A stretch of 62,092 nucleotides of DNA, filler included. It is 7 parts of 7 records of this genome, joined end to end, with 100 filler letters (N's around TTAATTAATTAA, not from the genome) between each part and the next. Parts side by side here need not be neighbours in the genome. Positions count along the whole stretch, not along the records: positions 1 to 13,721 come from SRR31156797_31819; 6 more parts are not named here. The stretch is one strand, 5' to 3'. The notes beneath the pieces were generated by a model, which ran no database searches, was not told the DNA's origin, and saw nothing but the letters and a program-made list of their open reading frames with translations. Within the stretch, counting starts at the first letter, position 1, and each line of letters opens with the position of its first letter. Shown here piece after piece: positions 1 through 9,484 of this stretch. A program made the translations under genes and the position numbers.

Positions 1-1218
1 AAAGAAAGGAAATGCCGCTCGGGTCACATACAGGATGTCGTGCCCGGTGAGGCCCTGGATCACGAATAGGTTAAAGCCGACGGGCGGTGTGAGTTGGCTC
101 ATCTCCACCGCGATGACGAGATAAATTCCGAACCAGATCAGATCGAAACCCGCGGCCTGCACCATCGGCAGGATAACGGCCGTGGTCAGAATCACGATCG
201 AAACACCATCCAGCATGCAGCCCAGAATGATGAAGAAGATGGTCAGCGCCGCGATCAGGCCACTCGGCGGAAGTCCCAGCGTCCCTATCCATTTGGCCAG
301 CGCCTGCGGTAGGCCGATGAACCCCATGGCGGCGGTCAGGAAGGCGGCGCCGGCGACGATCAGACATATCATGCAGGAGGTGCGCAAAGCGCTGAACAGT
401 CCCTCGAAGAATTGGCGCCGTGTCAACGTTCCCGAAAAGTAGGTTAATAAAAGCGCAAGTGCGATGCCTACTGCGGCGGCGTCGGTCGGGCTGGCAATGC
501 CGGCGTAAATGGAGCCGAGGATGCCGACGATCAGCCCGAGGACCGGAATAAGCCGTCGCGTCGCCCACAAACGCTGCCGAAGCGAAAGCGCCGGCTCCGG
601 GGGCGGCATGCGGTGGCGGTTCCAGATCGCCCAGCCGATGACGTAGGCCATGAACAGGACAATGAGCATTAGGCCCGGCAACACGCCGGCGATGAATAAC
701 CGAGCGATCGATTGCTCGGTGGCCACACCGTAGACGATAAGAATGATCGACGGGGGAATAAGCAGACCCAAGGTTCCCGACCCGGCCAGGGTGCCCAGCG
801 TCAGTTCCTCGTCGTACTTGCGTGAACGAAGTTCGGGAACGGTAAGCCGGCCGATGGTTGCGCAGGTCGCGGCGGAAGATCCCGAAACCGCGGCGAAGAC
901 GCCGCAGCCCAAGATGTTGACGTGTATGAGCCCGCCCGGAATGCGGCGAAGCCACGGCGCCAGACCGGTAAATAGATCCTCGGACAGGTGCGAACGCGAT
1001 AGGATCTCGCCCATCCAGATGAACAGCGGCAGAGCCGTCAGCGGATAAGAGGCCATGGCACTCCAAGCCGACGAAGCCAGCAACTGGCCAGCCTGCACGT
1101 CGGCAAAGAAGTAGAGAACCGCCGCCGCGGTTACCAGCAGAGAGATCGCCACCCACACGCCCATGGCGAGGCACCCGATCAAGACTCCGAAGGCAAGGAG
1201 GGCGGTAAGGGTGTCCAT
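1..1218 (-). CDS. dctM: TRAP transporter large permease DctM, 3' end cut by window edge
   Basis: ATG at 1218 (MDTLTALLAFGVLIG...). Very hydrophobic, with PLFIWMGE, FAAVSGSSAAT and GTLGLLIPPS motifs. Missing from the ORF track because it has no stop. Confidence 0.92.
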   Translation of the reverse strand, partial: MDTLTALLAFGVLIGCLAMGVWVAISLLVTAAAVLYFFADVQAGQLLASSAWSAMASYPLTALPLFIWMGEILSRSHLSEDLFTGLAPWLRRIPGGLIHVNILGCGVFAAVSGSSAATCATIGRLTVPELRSRKYDEELTLGTLAGSGTLGLLIPPSIILIVYGVATEQSIARLFIAGVLPGLMLIVLFMAYVIGWAIWNRHRMPPPEPALSLRQRLWATRRLIPVLGLIVGILGSIYAGIASPTDAAAVGIALALLLTYFSGTLTRRQFFEGLFSALRTSCMICLIVAGAAFLTAAMGFIGLPQALAKWIGTLGLPPSGLIAALTIFFIILGCMLDGVSIVILTTAVILPMVQAAGFDLIWFGIYLVIAVEMSQLTPPVGFNLFVIQGLTGHDILYVTRAAFPFF

Positions 1219-1219
1219 C

Positions 1220-1783
1220 CTAATCTCCCGCAGGGCCGTCGACAGCCGGCAGCGGCGCTTCGTCATCGTCAGGGACGTAACGGCCGCTGGCGACGCCGAC
1301 CAGCCGGTCCAGGAAGGCGATGGTCAGCACGATCAGGCCGATCGCCATGGGGGTCTGCGGAATCCACATGGGAATGATGATCAGGCCGTAGGATTTGTCA
1401 TCATATAGCCAGCTCTCGTGGACCATGATCGTCGCCCGGAATGCAAAGAACGCGACAGCCACGGTGGCGATGGTGGTGGCAAGGAACTCGACGATTCGCC
1501 GCAACACGGGCGACATGGTTCGCAATGCCAAGGTCACGCGAACATGGGTGCCGTGATTGAGTGCGGTCGCGAAGCCAAGGAACATCGAAGCCGCCAGCAG
1601 ATATGATGCGAACTCGGCGTAGGAAGGGATCATAAGGCCGATCGACTGGCCGGCCAGACTGACGACGAAGCGATTGATCAGGTCGAATACGATTTGCACA
1701 AGGATAATTGCAAAGATCGCCACCAGAAAAATTCCGGCGATCCATCCGCTGGCGGTGTAGAGCAGGTTGAGCAGCCGTCGCAT
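1220..1783 (-). CDS. dctQ: TRAP transporter small permease DctQ
   Basis: Likely ATG at 1783 (MRRLLNLLY). Four TM segments, HVRV motif, lies between dctP and dctM. Confidence 0.9.
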   Translation of the reverse strand: MRRLLNLLYTASGWIAGIFLVAIFAIILVQIVFDLINRFVVSLAGQSIGLMIPSYAEFASYLLAASMFLGFATALNHGTHVRVTLALRTMSPVLRRIVEFLATTIATVAVAFFAFRATIMVHESWLYDDKSYGLIIIPMWIPQTPMAIGLIVLTIAFLDRLVGVASGRYVPDDDEAPLPAVDGPAGD

Positions 1784-1850
1784 TTGTTTATTGGTTGTGG
1801 AGAAAAACCGCCGCAGCCGACCACCGGCCGACTGCGGCCTTAGGATACAG

Positions 1851-2825
1851 TCAACCGCCGAGTTCGTCGACGATCGCTTTGCCCTCGGCGCCGGCCCTGG
1901 CCAGCCAATCCTCAAGCATTTGCGCACCGATCTTCTGCAGGCTTGCCTCCAGGTCCGGTGTCGGCTGTTCCACGGCAACGCCGTTTTGGGCGAGCTTGGC
2001 AGCCATGTTCTTGTCGTTGTCGGCCGACATCTTCCAGCCACGCTCCTCGGCGGCGGCAGCGGACGTTAGCACGGCCTCCTGAACGTCCTTGGAAAGGCTC
2101 TCGAACGCTTGCTTGTTGATGACGACGACATTCTTCCCGAGATAGGACTTGATGTTTAAGTAGTGTTTGACGAAATCCCAGGCCGAGATGTTCACGCCGG
2201 TTGCCGCCGAAGTGATCATCGACTCGACACGGCCGGTGGCAAAGGCCTGGGCGATGTCAGGAATTTCCACCTGCGTTGGTACCGCACCCGTCAGTTGGGC
2301 AAACCGCTCGGTCGTCGAGTTGTAGGTCCGGAACTTAATGCCGCGGAAATCGTCGATCGAACGCAGTTCCTTATTCGCGTAAATCCCATTGTTCGGCCAT
2401 GGCACCGAGTAAAGGATGACGATGTTCTGGCGGCCAAGCAGTTTCTGAATGGGCTTTTTCGTCACCTCCCACAGACGCTCCGCACGCGGATAATCGGTCA
2501 CGAAGAAGGGCACCAGATCGATCTCATAGACGGGGTTCTCGTTGGCCAGTCGGGAAAGCAGGAACTCGCCCATCGGCACCGTTCCGTTGCGCACCGCGTT
2601 GCGAATTTCAGCATGGGGAATGAGCGACCCACCGGCATGGACGACGATTTCCAGCGCGCCATTGGTTGCTGCCTTAACGTCCTTGGCGAATTGCAGATGA
2701 TTCTGGGCGTGGAAATTGGATTCAGGATAGGGCGTCGCCATGTTCCAAGTTTCGGCCATGGCGGGCCCTGTAAGGCCGCTCACCAGGGCGGTGGCGGCTA
2801 AGGTACGACTAAGTTTGGCGAACAC
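1851..2825 (-). CDS. dctP: TRAP substrate-binding protein DctP
   Basis: Signal peptide ending AMA-ET; DFRGIKFRT and GAVPTQV motifs. Confidence 0.92.
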   Translation of the reverse strand: MFAKLSRTLAATALVSGLTGPAMAETWNMATPYPESNFHAQNHLQFAKDVKAATNGALEIVVHAGGSLIPHAEIRNAVRNGTVPMGEFLLSRLANENPVYEIDLVPFFVTDYPRAERLWEVTKKPIQKLLGRQNIVILYSVPWPNNGIYANKELRSIDDFRGIKFRTYNSTTERFAQLTGAVPTQVEIPDIAQAFATGRVESMITSAATGVNISAWDFVKHYLNIKSYLGKNVVVINKQAFESLSKDVQEAVLTSAAAAEERGWKMSADNDKNMAAKLAQNGVAVEQPTPDLEASLQKIGAQMLEDWLARAGAEGKAIVDELGG

Positions 2826-3006
2826 GGGTTAGCCTCCCTTTGTTGGTATCGGTTTGGTATTCGCAGAGCCAACTCTTTCAGCGACCGCGCTCCCGACGTA
2901 TCGCCTTACAGCTGCTCTTCCAACGCTGCTGGAGCCAGCAGCATCCTCAGCAGTGACTTTATCGGCGGCGGGCGGCTGTAGGAATTACATTTCCCCCACG
3001 TCAATA

Positions 3007-3020
3007 TGAACGCCGTGCAT
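3007..3020 (-). promoter_or_regulatory. Putative LysR box (ATGCA-N5-TTCA, fits T-N11-A) upstream of the first dctP
   Basis: The same motif recurs at 6105-6118 and 7163-7176. Confidence 0.6.
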
Positions 3021-3089
3021 GTCCGCCCGAAGCAATTTGGCCGTAGTGAGGCCGGCATCCGACCGGCGGTCCCGGCGCTATCCCGTCCG

Positions 3090-4370
3090 CTACATGATGA
3101 GATCCTGAAGAAAGAGACTGACCGGCGGAAGCAGGGCGATCATCAACAACACAGCGACCATGATGCCGATCATCGGCAACAGCGGTCGGGCGATTTTTGA
3201 GATCGGCAACCCGCTAACCGCGGCACCGACGAAGACGGTGTAACCGAAAGGAGGCGTCGCCATGCCGACGGTGAAGTTCAAGGTCACCATGGTCCCGAAT
3301 TGAATGGGATCCATCTGCAACTGCGAACCGATGGAAATCAGGAACCCCGACAGAATGATCATGGCGGCCAGATTGTCCATGACACAGCCGATCAGAAGGA
3401 GGGAGACGTTGAGCGCGAGAACCATCAGAAGCGGATCCGCCGACAGCCCGGAAACCAGGCCGGCCATCTTTGCCGGCAATTGTTCGAACGCGACAATCCA
3501 ACCGAAGCCGTTCGCGGCGGCGACGATGAACAGGACGATCGCGGACGTCCGGATGGAGGTTTCGGTAACGGAAATGACTGTGGAAATGGACAGTTCACGA
3601 TATGCAAAGAAGCCGACCAGCAACGCGAACAGGGTTGCCACGACGGCAGCCTCTGTCGGCGTTACGACGCCAAGGTAGATACCGCCCAGAACGAACACCG
3701 GCCCCAGGAAGGCCCATTTGGCGTCGCCCAGAGCGGCAAGCACCTCTTTTCGGTCGGCCCTTTTTTGGGTCGGGATCTTTGCCCGCTTGGCGTAGACCCA
3801 GCAAACGAACATCAGGCCGGCGGCAAGCATCAGGCCCGGGAAGACGCCGGCCAGGAAGAGGCGGGTGATCGATTGTTCCGACATCACGCCCCAAACCACA
3901 AAGGGAATCGACGGCGGAATCATCGGGCCGATGATTCCGCTGGCCACCGCCAGGGCAGTGGCGAAGGGCTTGCTATAGCCTTGTCGAACCATCTCCGGGA
4001 TCATGATGGTGCCGATTGCCGCCGTTGTCGCCGGGGCGGATCCCGAAATGGCGGCGAAAAAGGCCGCCGCCAGTACCATCACCATGCCGAGACCGCCGGT
4101 GCGGCTGCGCACCAGCACCTGTGCGGCATTGACCAGGCGGCGCGAAATGCCGCCCGCCGTCATCAGGTCGCCGGCAAGAATGAAGAAAGGAATGGCAAGA
4201 AGGCTGAAGGACTGGGTGCCGGCAATGAATTTCTGGGCCAGAACGATGACTTCTATGTCGAGCAGCCACAGTGCCGCTGTCGCCGACAAGGCGAGAGCGA
4301 CGGCGAAGGGCGTTCCCATCAGGATGAGTGCGACGAACCCGGCGCTGAGGATCCAGTTGGCTTCACTCAT
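3090..4370 (-). CDS. dctM: TRAP large permease DctM (second system)
   Basis: ATG at 4370; LLAIPFFILAG, AAISGS and IPPSI motifs. Confidence 0.93.
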   Translation of the reverse strand: MSEANWILSAGFVALILMGTPFAVALALSATAALWLLDIEVIVLAQKFIAGTQSFSLLAIPFFILAGDLMTAGGISRRLVNAAQVLVRSRTGGLGMVMVLAAAFFAAISGSAPATTAAIGTIMIPEMVRQGYSKPFATALAVASGIIGPMIPPSIPFVVWGVMSEQSITRLFLAGVFPGLMLAAGLMFVCWVYAKRAKIPTQKRADRKEVLAALGDAKWAFLGPVFVLGGIYLGVVTPTEAAVVATLFALLVGFFAYRELSISTVISVTETSIRTSAIVLFIVAAANGFGWIVAFEQLPAKMAGLVSGLSADPLLMVLALNVSLLLIGCVMDNLAAMIILSGFLISIGSQLQMDPIQFGTMVTLNFTVGMATPPFGYTVFVGAAVSGLPISKIARPLLPMIGIMVAVLLMIALLPPVSLFLQDLIM

Positions 4371-4848
4371 GATGGGTCTCGTCCGGGCTTTCGAAGAACC
4401 GCGCCACGGCATGCAGGCAGATCAGCAGGCCGGATACGAACGCTGAAAGGTGCAAAAGTTCGATCGGGTACTGCAGGGCCGCCGACAGCAGGCCTCGTGT
4501 TTCCACCACGTAGGAAAAGCCCGCATACGTCAGAACAATGCCGAAGCCGGCGGTCATCACGAGAACCCCCCGTGTGGTCACGGCCCTCAGTTTCGACATT
4601 CCGTCCCGAGTGAACAGATCAATGGCGACGTGGAAGTTTTCGCGTACACCGACGCTGCCTGCCAGCATGATGACCCACCCGAACAGGGTGATGGCCATTT
4701 CCTCGGTCCAACTGGGTGGCGAGCCGAAGAAGTAGCGGCCAATCAGCTGAACGGAGAGAAGCAGCAGCATTCCGAACACAAGAAGGATGCAGAGCCTCAT
4801 CGTCCAACGCGAGGCGGTCCGGCTTAGGGTGGAGATAACGGAAATCAT
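4363..4848 (-). CDS. dctQ: TRAP small permease DctQ (second system)
   Basis: WTEE and HVAID motifs, four TM segments, overlaps the dctM start. Confidence 0.92.
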   Translation of the reverse strand: MISVISTLSRTASRWTMRLCILLVFGMLLLLSVQLIGRYFFGSPPSWTEEMAITLFGWVIMLAGSVGVRENFHVAIDLFTRDGMSKLRAVTTRGVLVMTAGFGIVLTYAGFSYVVETRGLLSAALQYPIELLHLSAFVSGLLICLHAVARFFESPDETHHE

Positions 4849-4920
4849 GCTGGCCCAAGGGGTTTGCGGCAGCGGGAGGCACCAAACACTGTGGCGCCTC
4901 CCGCCGATTTTACGTTCGGA

Positions 4921-5934
4921 TCACTTTACCGCCGCCAGCGTCTGATCCATGAGGTCGGCGCCGATGGCTCCACGGAATTGATCATAGACGGGCAGGACGG
5001 AGTCGCGGAACGGCTTCATGTCCTGAACTTCGTTGATCTGCATGCCCGCGGCCGCCAGGCTTTTCAGCAGGCCCTTTTCGTTTTCCTGGACGGTCAGACG
5101 CTGATTTTTGATGGCAAGACGACCCGCCTCAACAATCATCTCCTGCGTCTCGGCGTCCAACTTGCCGAACACCTTCTTCGAAATCAGGAGTTCCATGGCC
5201 GTGTAGGTGTGGTTGGTCAGAGACAGGTACTTTACGATCTCGTAGAACTTGTTGCCGTAAACGACAGCCATGGGGATTTCCATCCCGTCAACCGTTCCCT
5301 GCTGCAGGGCGGTAAACACCTCGCCCCATGCCATCGGAATTGGACTGCCACCGAGCGACTGGAACATCTGAATGTAGACGGGATTCTGCATCGTCCGGTA
5401 CTTGACCCCAACCACGTCGGCCGGCATGGCCACCGGTTTGGCATTGTTGATCATGGTCCGGAAGCCGGCTTCCATGAAACCGAGAACCTTGAGGCCCTTG
5501 GCGTCGACGGCCGTTCTCAGTGCGTCGCCAACCGGCCCGTCGAGCACGGCATGGGCCTGTTCCGAATTTTTGAAAAGGAACGGCATGTCGATCAATTGAA
5601 GCTTGCGTTCAAGGTTCGCAACCGAGGCGTTGGTGACGATTGCCATGTCCAGCGTGCCGAAACGCATGGCCTCGACCATTTCCTTTTCTTCGCCCAACTG
5701 ACGGTTAGGGAAGAGCGCAACGCTGTGCTTGCCGCCCGATGTCTTGGCCAGCGCGTCGGCAAAGGCATGGGCGCCGACGGCAAAAGGATCGGTCTTGCTG
5801 TCGGCGCTCGTCCACGTCAGCTTGAATTCGACGGCCTCGGCCGTTCCGCCCCATGTTTGCCCGAAAGCAAGAATTGCCAGGCCCGCAATAGCTAGGGTCC
5901 GGAGCTTTGCCGGTCTGCGATGATTTGCAATCAT
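4921..5934 (-). CDS. dctP: TRAP substrate-binding protein DctP (second system)
   Basis: Likely ATG at 5934; QLGEE, GFR and ALQQGTVDG motifs. Confidence 0.92.
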   Translation of the reverse strand: MIANHRRPAKLRTLAIAGLAILAFGQTWGGTAEAVEFKLTWTSADSKTDPFAVGAHAFADALAKTSGGKHSVALFPNRQLGEEKEMVEAMRFGTLDMAIVTNASVANLERKLQLIDMPFLFKNSEQAHAVLDGPVGDALRTAVDAKGLKVLGFMEAGFRTMINNAKPVAMPADVVGVKYRTMQNPVYIQMFQSLGGSPIPMAWGEVFTALQQGTVDGMEIPMAVVYGNKFYEIVKYLSLTNHTYTAMELLISKKVFGKLDAETQEMIVEAGRLAIKNQRLTVQENEKGLLKSLAAAGMQINEVQDMKPFRDSVLPVYDQFRGAIGADLMDQTLAAVK

Positions 5935-6075
5935 CCCCTTTTTCTCCCAATCTCGGCGGATCCCCCATGGGCTCCGACCAATCCGATAAAACCTCCATCC
6001 ACAGGGGCGATTGATCGCCCGTGGATATCTCTCAGCGTCGCACAAATGATGAGAGGTGACGATGGCCGCATACAC

Positions 6076-6118
6076 TGAACGGCCAGCATAATCTACAAGA
6101 CAAGATGCATGACATTCA
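6076..6118. promoter_or_regulatory. Paired putative LysR boxes upstream of the second dctP
   Basis: TGAA-cggcc-AGCAT at 6076-6089 and ATGCA-tgaca-TTCA at 6105-6118. Confidence 0.55.
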
Positions 6119-6156
6119 GGTCGGAGGCCGGCCCGGCGAGTCCGGGCGTGACGCCG

Positions 6157-7059
6157 TCAATAGGTCCGGAAAATCTCGGAAACCAGCGTTCGCAGCCATT
6201 TCTGGCCGGGGTCTCGGTGCCGCTTCACATCCCAGCATTGGTCGATCGAAAAGAGGACTTCTTTAAGCGGAAGGGGCGCGAAATCGAAACGATTGCTGCG
6301 GTTGAAGGAGGCCTGCCATCCGTTCGGCACGACAGCGACCAAATCGGACCGTTCGATGATCGCCGAAATCTCGGACCAACTGCGCACGGTGAGGACAATG
6401 TTGCGCGTCAAGCTACGCTGGGCCAGTGCATCGTCGATGGGGCTACTGCCGATCGCGCCTATCGACACCTTCAGATGGTTCAAGGCGGCATAGCGCTCGG
6501 CGGTCAATTCCTGTTGGCTGGCCGGATGGCCCTTGCGCATAACCACGATGAAACTTTCGGAGATAAGGCGCTCCCTACGCAATGTGTCGGGTTGCTCGAT
6601 GCCGAAGGTCAGCCGCACCTGAAGGTCGGCCGGTTCTTTTGTCGGGTCTTCGTTGAGAGGAAACTGCTCGACCACGATCTTGACCGACGGAGCACTCTCC
6701 CTCAACACCTCGATCAGGCGTGGCAGCAAGAAGCCGCTAACATAGTCCGACACCTGAATCCGAAAGGACCGTGTCGAACAGGCCGGGTCGAACACCTGCT
6801 GCTTCTCAAGGGCAGACTCGATCTGCTGAAGGGCCACGCCAACCTCTCCGGCCAGCTGAACGGCCCGTTCCGTGGGTTGAATGCCCCGGTTGGTTCGCAC
6901 GAAAAGCTCGTCGTTCATGGTCGTTCTCATGCGCCCCAAGGCGTGACTTACCGCCGAAGGCGAAAGGCCGACGCGTTCAGCCGCGGCCGACACGCTGTTC
7001 TCCTTGATCAGCGCATCGAAGATCACCAGAAGGTTGAGGTCGACGGTTCGCAGGTTCAC
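6157..7059 (-). CDS. LysR-family transcriptional regulator (NodD/LeuO-like)
   Basis: DLNLL...SVSAAAERVGLSPSAVSHAL helix-turn-helix; C-terminal HRDPGQKWLR. Confidence 0.95.
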   Translation of the reverse strand: MNLRTVDLNLLVIFDALIKENSVSAAAERVGLSPSAVSHALGRMRTTMNDELFVRTNRGIQPTERAVQLAGEVGVALQQIESALEKQQVFDPACSTRSFRIQVSDYVSGFLLPRLIEVLRESAPSVKIVVEQFPLNEDPTKEPADLQVRLTFGIEQPDTLRRERLISESFIVVMRKGHPASQQELTAERYAALNHLKVSIGAIGSSPIDDALAQRSLTRNIVLTVRSWSEISAIIERSDLVAVVPNGWQASFNRSNRFDFAPLPLKEVLFSIDQCWDVKRHRDPGQKWLRTLVSEIFRTY

Positions 7060-7162
7060 CTGATCTCTCCTCGCTTTGCTGCGCTCGCGGACCGTCCGCC
7101 ACCATCTGCCCCATTGCCGCCGGACAGGCCGGCCTGAACGGAATGCGGCTCGCCTTCCGAAT

Positions 7163-7202
7163 ATGCACCAAATTCAGGTCGAGTTGGGAGATATGTGCTT
7201 CC
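7163..7202 (+). promoter_or_regulatory. Putative LysR recognition and activation sites in the divergent promoter
   Basis: ATGCA-ccaaa-TTCA followed by TGGGAGATATGTGCTTCC, with the same spacing as upstream of the first dctP. Confidence 0.6.
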
Positions 7203-7319
7203 CGGAATTTCAATGGGAGCGCTACGGTCATTGCCGCTCCAGCCCGGGCTGGAAGTCTGGTCTTAATTAACGTCAACGCAGGTCAATTGGCCGGAATGCA
7301 AGATAATGGGGATCTAACA

Positions 7320-8189
7320 ATGAAACAGGAAATGTCGGCACCAAAAATCAGGCGGGCGCCTAGCGACTTGGTTTGGCCCGGAGGGCGCAACGTCGCCGTG
7401 GTATTCAACGTTGCCTACGAGACTTGGTCCGACGGCAATGTTTCGGGTGTGGGTCCGATGGGCAATCCTCTGCCCGCCGGCGTCTTTGACGCGAACGCCG
7501 ATTCGTACGGCAACTACGGCGCAAACTGTGGCATTCAGCGCCTGTTGCGGGTGCTGGGGCGGGCCAAGGTTTCGGCCAACATCTATGCCAGCGGCAGACT
7601 GGCCGAACGTTCCCCTGACCAAGTGAAGCGTGTTGCCGAGGCCGGGCACGAGATCGTTGGCCACGGCTATGCGCAGGACCTTATCCCGGCGAAACTGACA
7701 CCCGAGGATGACGAAAGATACGTTAAGCAGACAACCGAACTGCTGACCTCCGTCATCGGCAAACAGCCGACCGGCTGGATCAGCCCGCGTGCGACGGCCA
7801 ACAACGACACGTTTTGTCGGCTTGCCAAGGCCGGCTACAAGTGGCACGGCGACGTGCTGGATACCGACCTCCCGTACATTCAGGAGTTCGAGGAGGGCAG
7901 CATCGTCGCTGTTCCGCTCAGCATCGACCTCAACGACCTGGCCCACGCAATGCGGTTTGGCCGCACACCCCGGCAGTTCATCGAGGTCTTCGACGACTTC
8001 CTGTACCATGCACTCGCCAACAGGGATGAAACCATCATCATCGATGTGCTCGTCCACACCCACTGCTACGGCCGCCCCGGCGGCGCCTGGGCCTATGAGG
8101 AGATCGCTCGGAAGTGCGCCCAGCGGGATGACATCTGGGTCACCACCCGCGGCAAGATTGCCGAGCATTTTCTCAGCCAGCTTAAGTAA
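7320..8189 (+). CDS. Polysaccharide deacetylase-family hydrolase (PuuE-like)
   Basis: WPGG...VAYE, YG.NCGIQRLL, GHEIVGHG, PTGWISP and DLPY motifs. Confidence 0.88.
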   Translation: MKQEMSAPKIRRAPSDLVWPGGRNVAVVFNVAYETWSDGNVSGVGPMGNPLPAGVFDANADSYGNYGANCGIQRLLRVLGRAKVSANIYASGRLAERSPDQVKRVAEAGHEIVGHGYAQDLIPAKLTPEDDERYVKQTTELLTSVIGKQPTGWISPRATANNDTFCRLAKAGYKWHGDVLDTDLPYIQEFEEGSIVAVPLSIDLNDLAHAMRFGRTPRQFIEVFDDFLYHALANRDETIIIDVLVHTHCYGRPGGAWAYEEIARKCAQRDDIWVTTRGKIAEHFLSQLK

Positions 8190-8256
8190 CTTGGCAAGGT
8201 GATGTCTCGTCGGCTCGGTTCCGACGGAAGAGGCAGAAAGGAACAGGAGAACGACA

Positions 8257-9213
8257 ATGGCACAGCGGTTGACGACGGCGGCGAAGGGGATCTTCCCGAT
8301 CTGCCCGACGCCGTTCTTGAATAGTGGCGACGTCGACTACGAGAGCCTCGATCGGCTGGTCGACTGGTACGTCTCCTGCAAAGTTGCAGGCTTGGTCTCG
8401 CTCGGCGTCTTCGGCGAGGCGGCGAAGCTGTCACCAGATGAGGGCGAACAAGTCCTGAAGCGGGTGATCGATCGGGTGGCGGGGCGCTTCCCGGTGATTG
8501 TCGGCACCGGCAATCTGCGGCTTCGCGACTACGCGCCGCTGGCCCAGGCCTCGATGGAGGCCGGGGCGGCGGGGCTGATGATTGCACCGACCCAGGGGGT
8601 GCGCACCGACGAGGAGATCACCGGCGACCTCAGGCGGATTCTCGCCGCCATCGGTCCTGACGTGCCGGTCATGTTGCAGGACTATCCGCCGGCCAACGAT
8701 GTCTTCCTCTCGGTGCCGCTGATCTGCCGGCTAATCGCCGAGTTCGAGCAGATCGTGGTATTCAAGAGCGAAGACAATCCCGGCCTCGGCAAGCTGGCTC
8801 GGATTCGCGAATCCTGCGCCGGAGAGGGCATCCGGCGCATCAGCATCCTGTCGGGCCGCGGCGCTCTGTTCGCCGCACTGGCTCTGATCCGCGGGGCCGA
8901 CGGAGTGGCCTCGGGCTTCGCCTACCCCGAAATGCTGGTCGAGGTATTCAAGGCCGTGGAGCGGGACGACAAGCAGTCCGCCTGCGACCTCTACGACCTG
9001 TTCCTGCCGCTAATCTGCCACGAACTGCAGCCGAAGATCGGCGTGCCGGTGCGCAAGTACATTCTTTATAAGCGCGGCCTGTTGACCTCGCCCCTGGCGC
9101 GTCCGCCGGCACCGGCCATCACCGATGCCGACAAGGTCGAGGTCGACTTCCTGCTCGAGCGAACGGCCGCCAAGTGCCGTCAGGCCGGTGTGCTCAAAGA
9201 GGTTTTCGCATGA
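8257..9213 (+). CDS. Dihydrodipicolinate synthase-family aldolase/dehydratase
   Basis: PTPF, LGVFGE, Schiff-base Lys in FKSED; QDYP replaces the DapA YNVP. Confidence 0.9.
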   Translation: MAQRLTTAAKGIFPICPTPFLNSGDVDYESLDRLVDWYVSCKVAGLVSLGVFGEAAKLSPDEGEQVLKRVIDRVAGRFPVIVGTGNLRLRDYAPLAQASMEAGAAGLMIAPTQGVRTDEEITGDLRRILAAIGPDVPVMLQDYPPANDVFLSVPLICRLIAEFEQIVVFKSEDNPGLGKLARIRESCAGEGIRRISILSGRGALFAALALIRGADGVASGFAYPEMLVEVFKAVERDDKQSACDLYDLFLPLICHELQPKIGVPVRKYILYKRGLLTSPLARPPAPAITDADKVEVDFLLERTAAKCRQAGVLKEVFA

Positions 9214-9484
9214 GCTCCGGACAATCCCTATCGTGCACTGAAATTCAGTGGGGATACGGGTTTTTATGAAAGTCGCCGTTGTATGCCAGCGCACAACGAA
9301 CAATAATTTTAAACGAAGTAAACTTAAATAGAATTTAGGTGCGCTCGAACGAGTCTATAAATGCAAAACTCCGACTTAAATTTGTCAGCATACCTCGTCG
9401 TTTAAAACGACCCGCGAGATGGCTTCGATCAACGGCGGTGTACCTTACGCCGACGGGATATCCACCCACTCCATTCTTGCATCG

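Noticed and set aside
71-1174. 367-aa minus-strand ORF and other long overlapping ORFs in contig 1 (e.g. 3300-4613, 4864-5895, 9419-10687)
   Set aside because: Shadow frames of GC-rich real genes (dctM, dctP, guaA) with no recognisable motifs.
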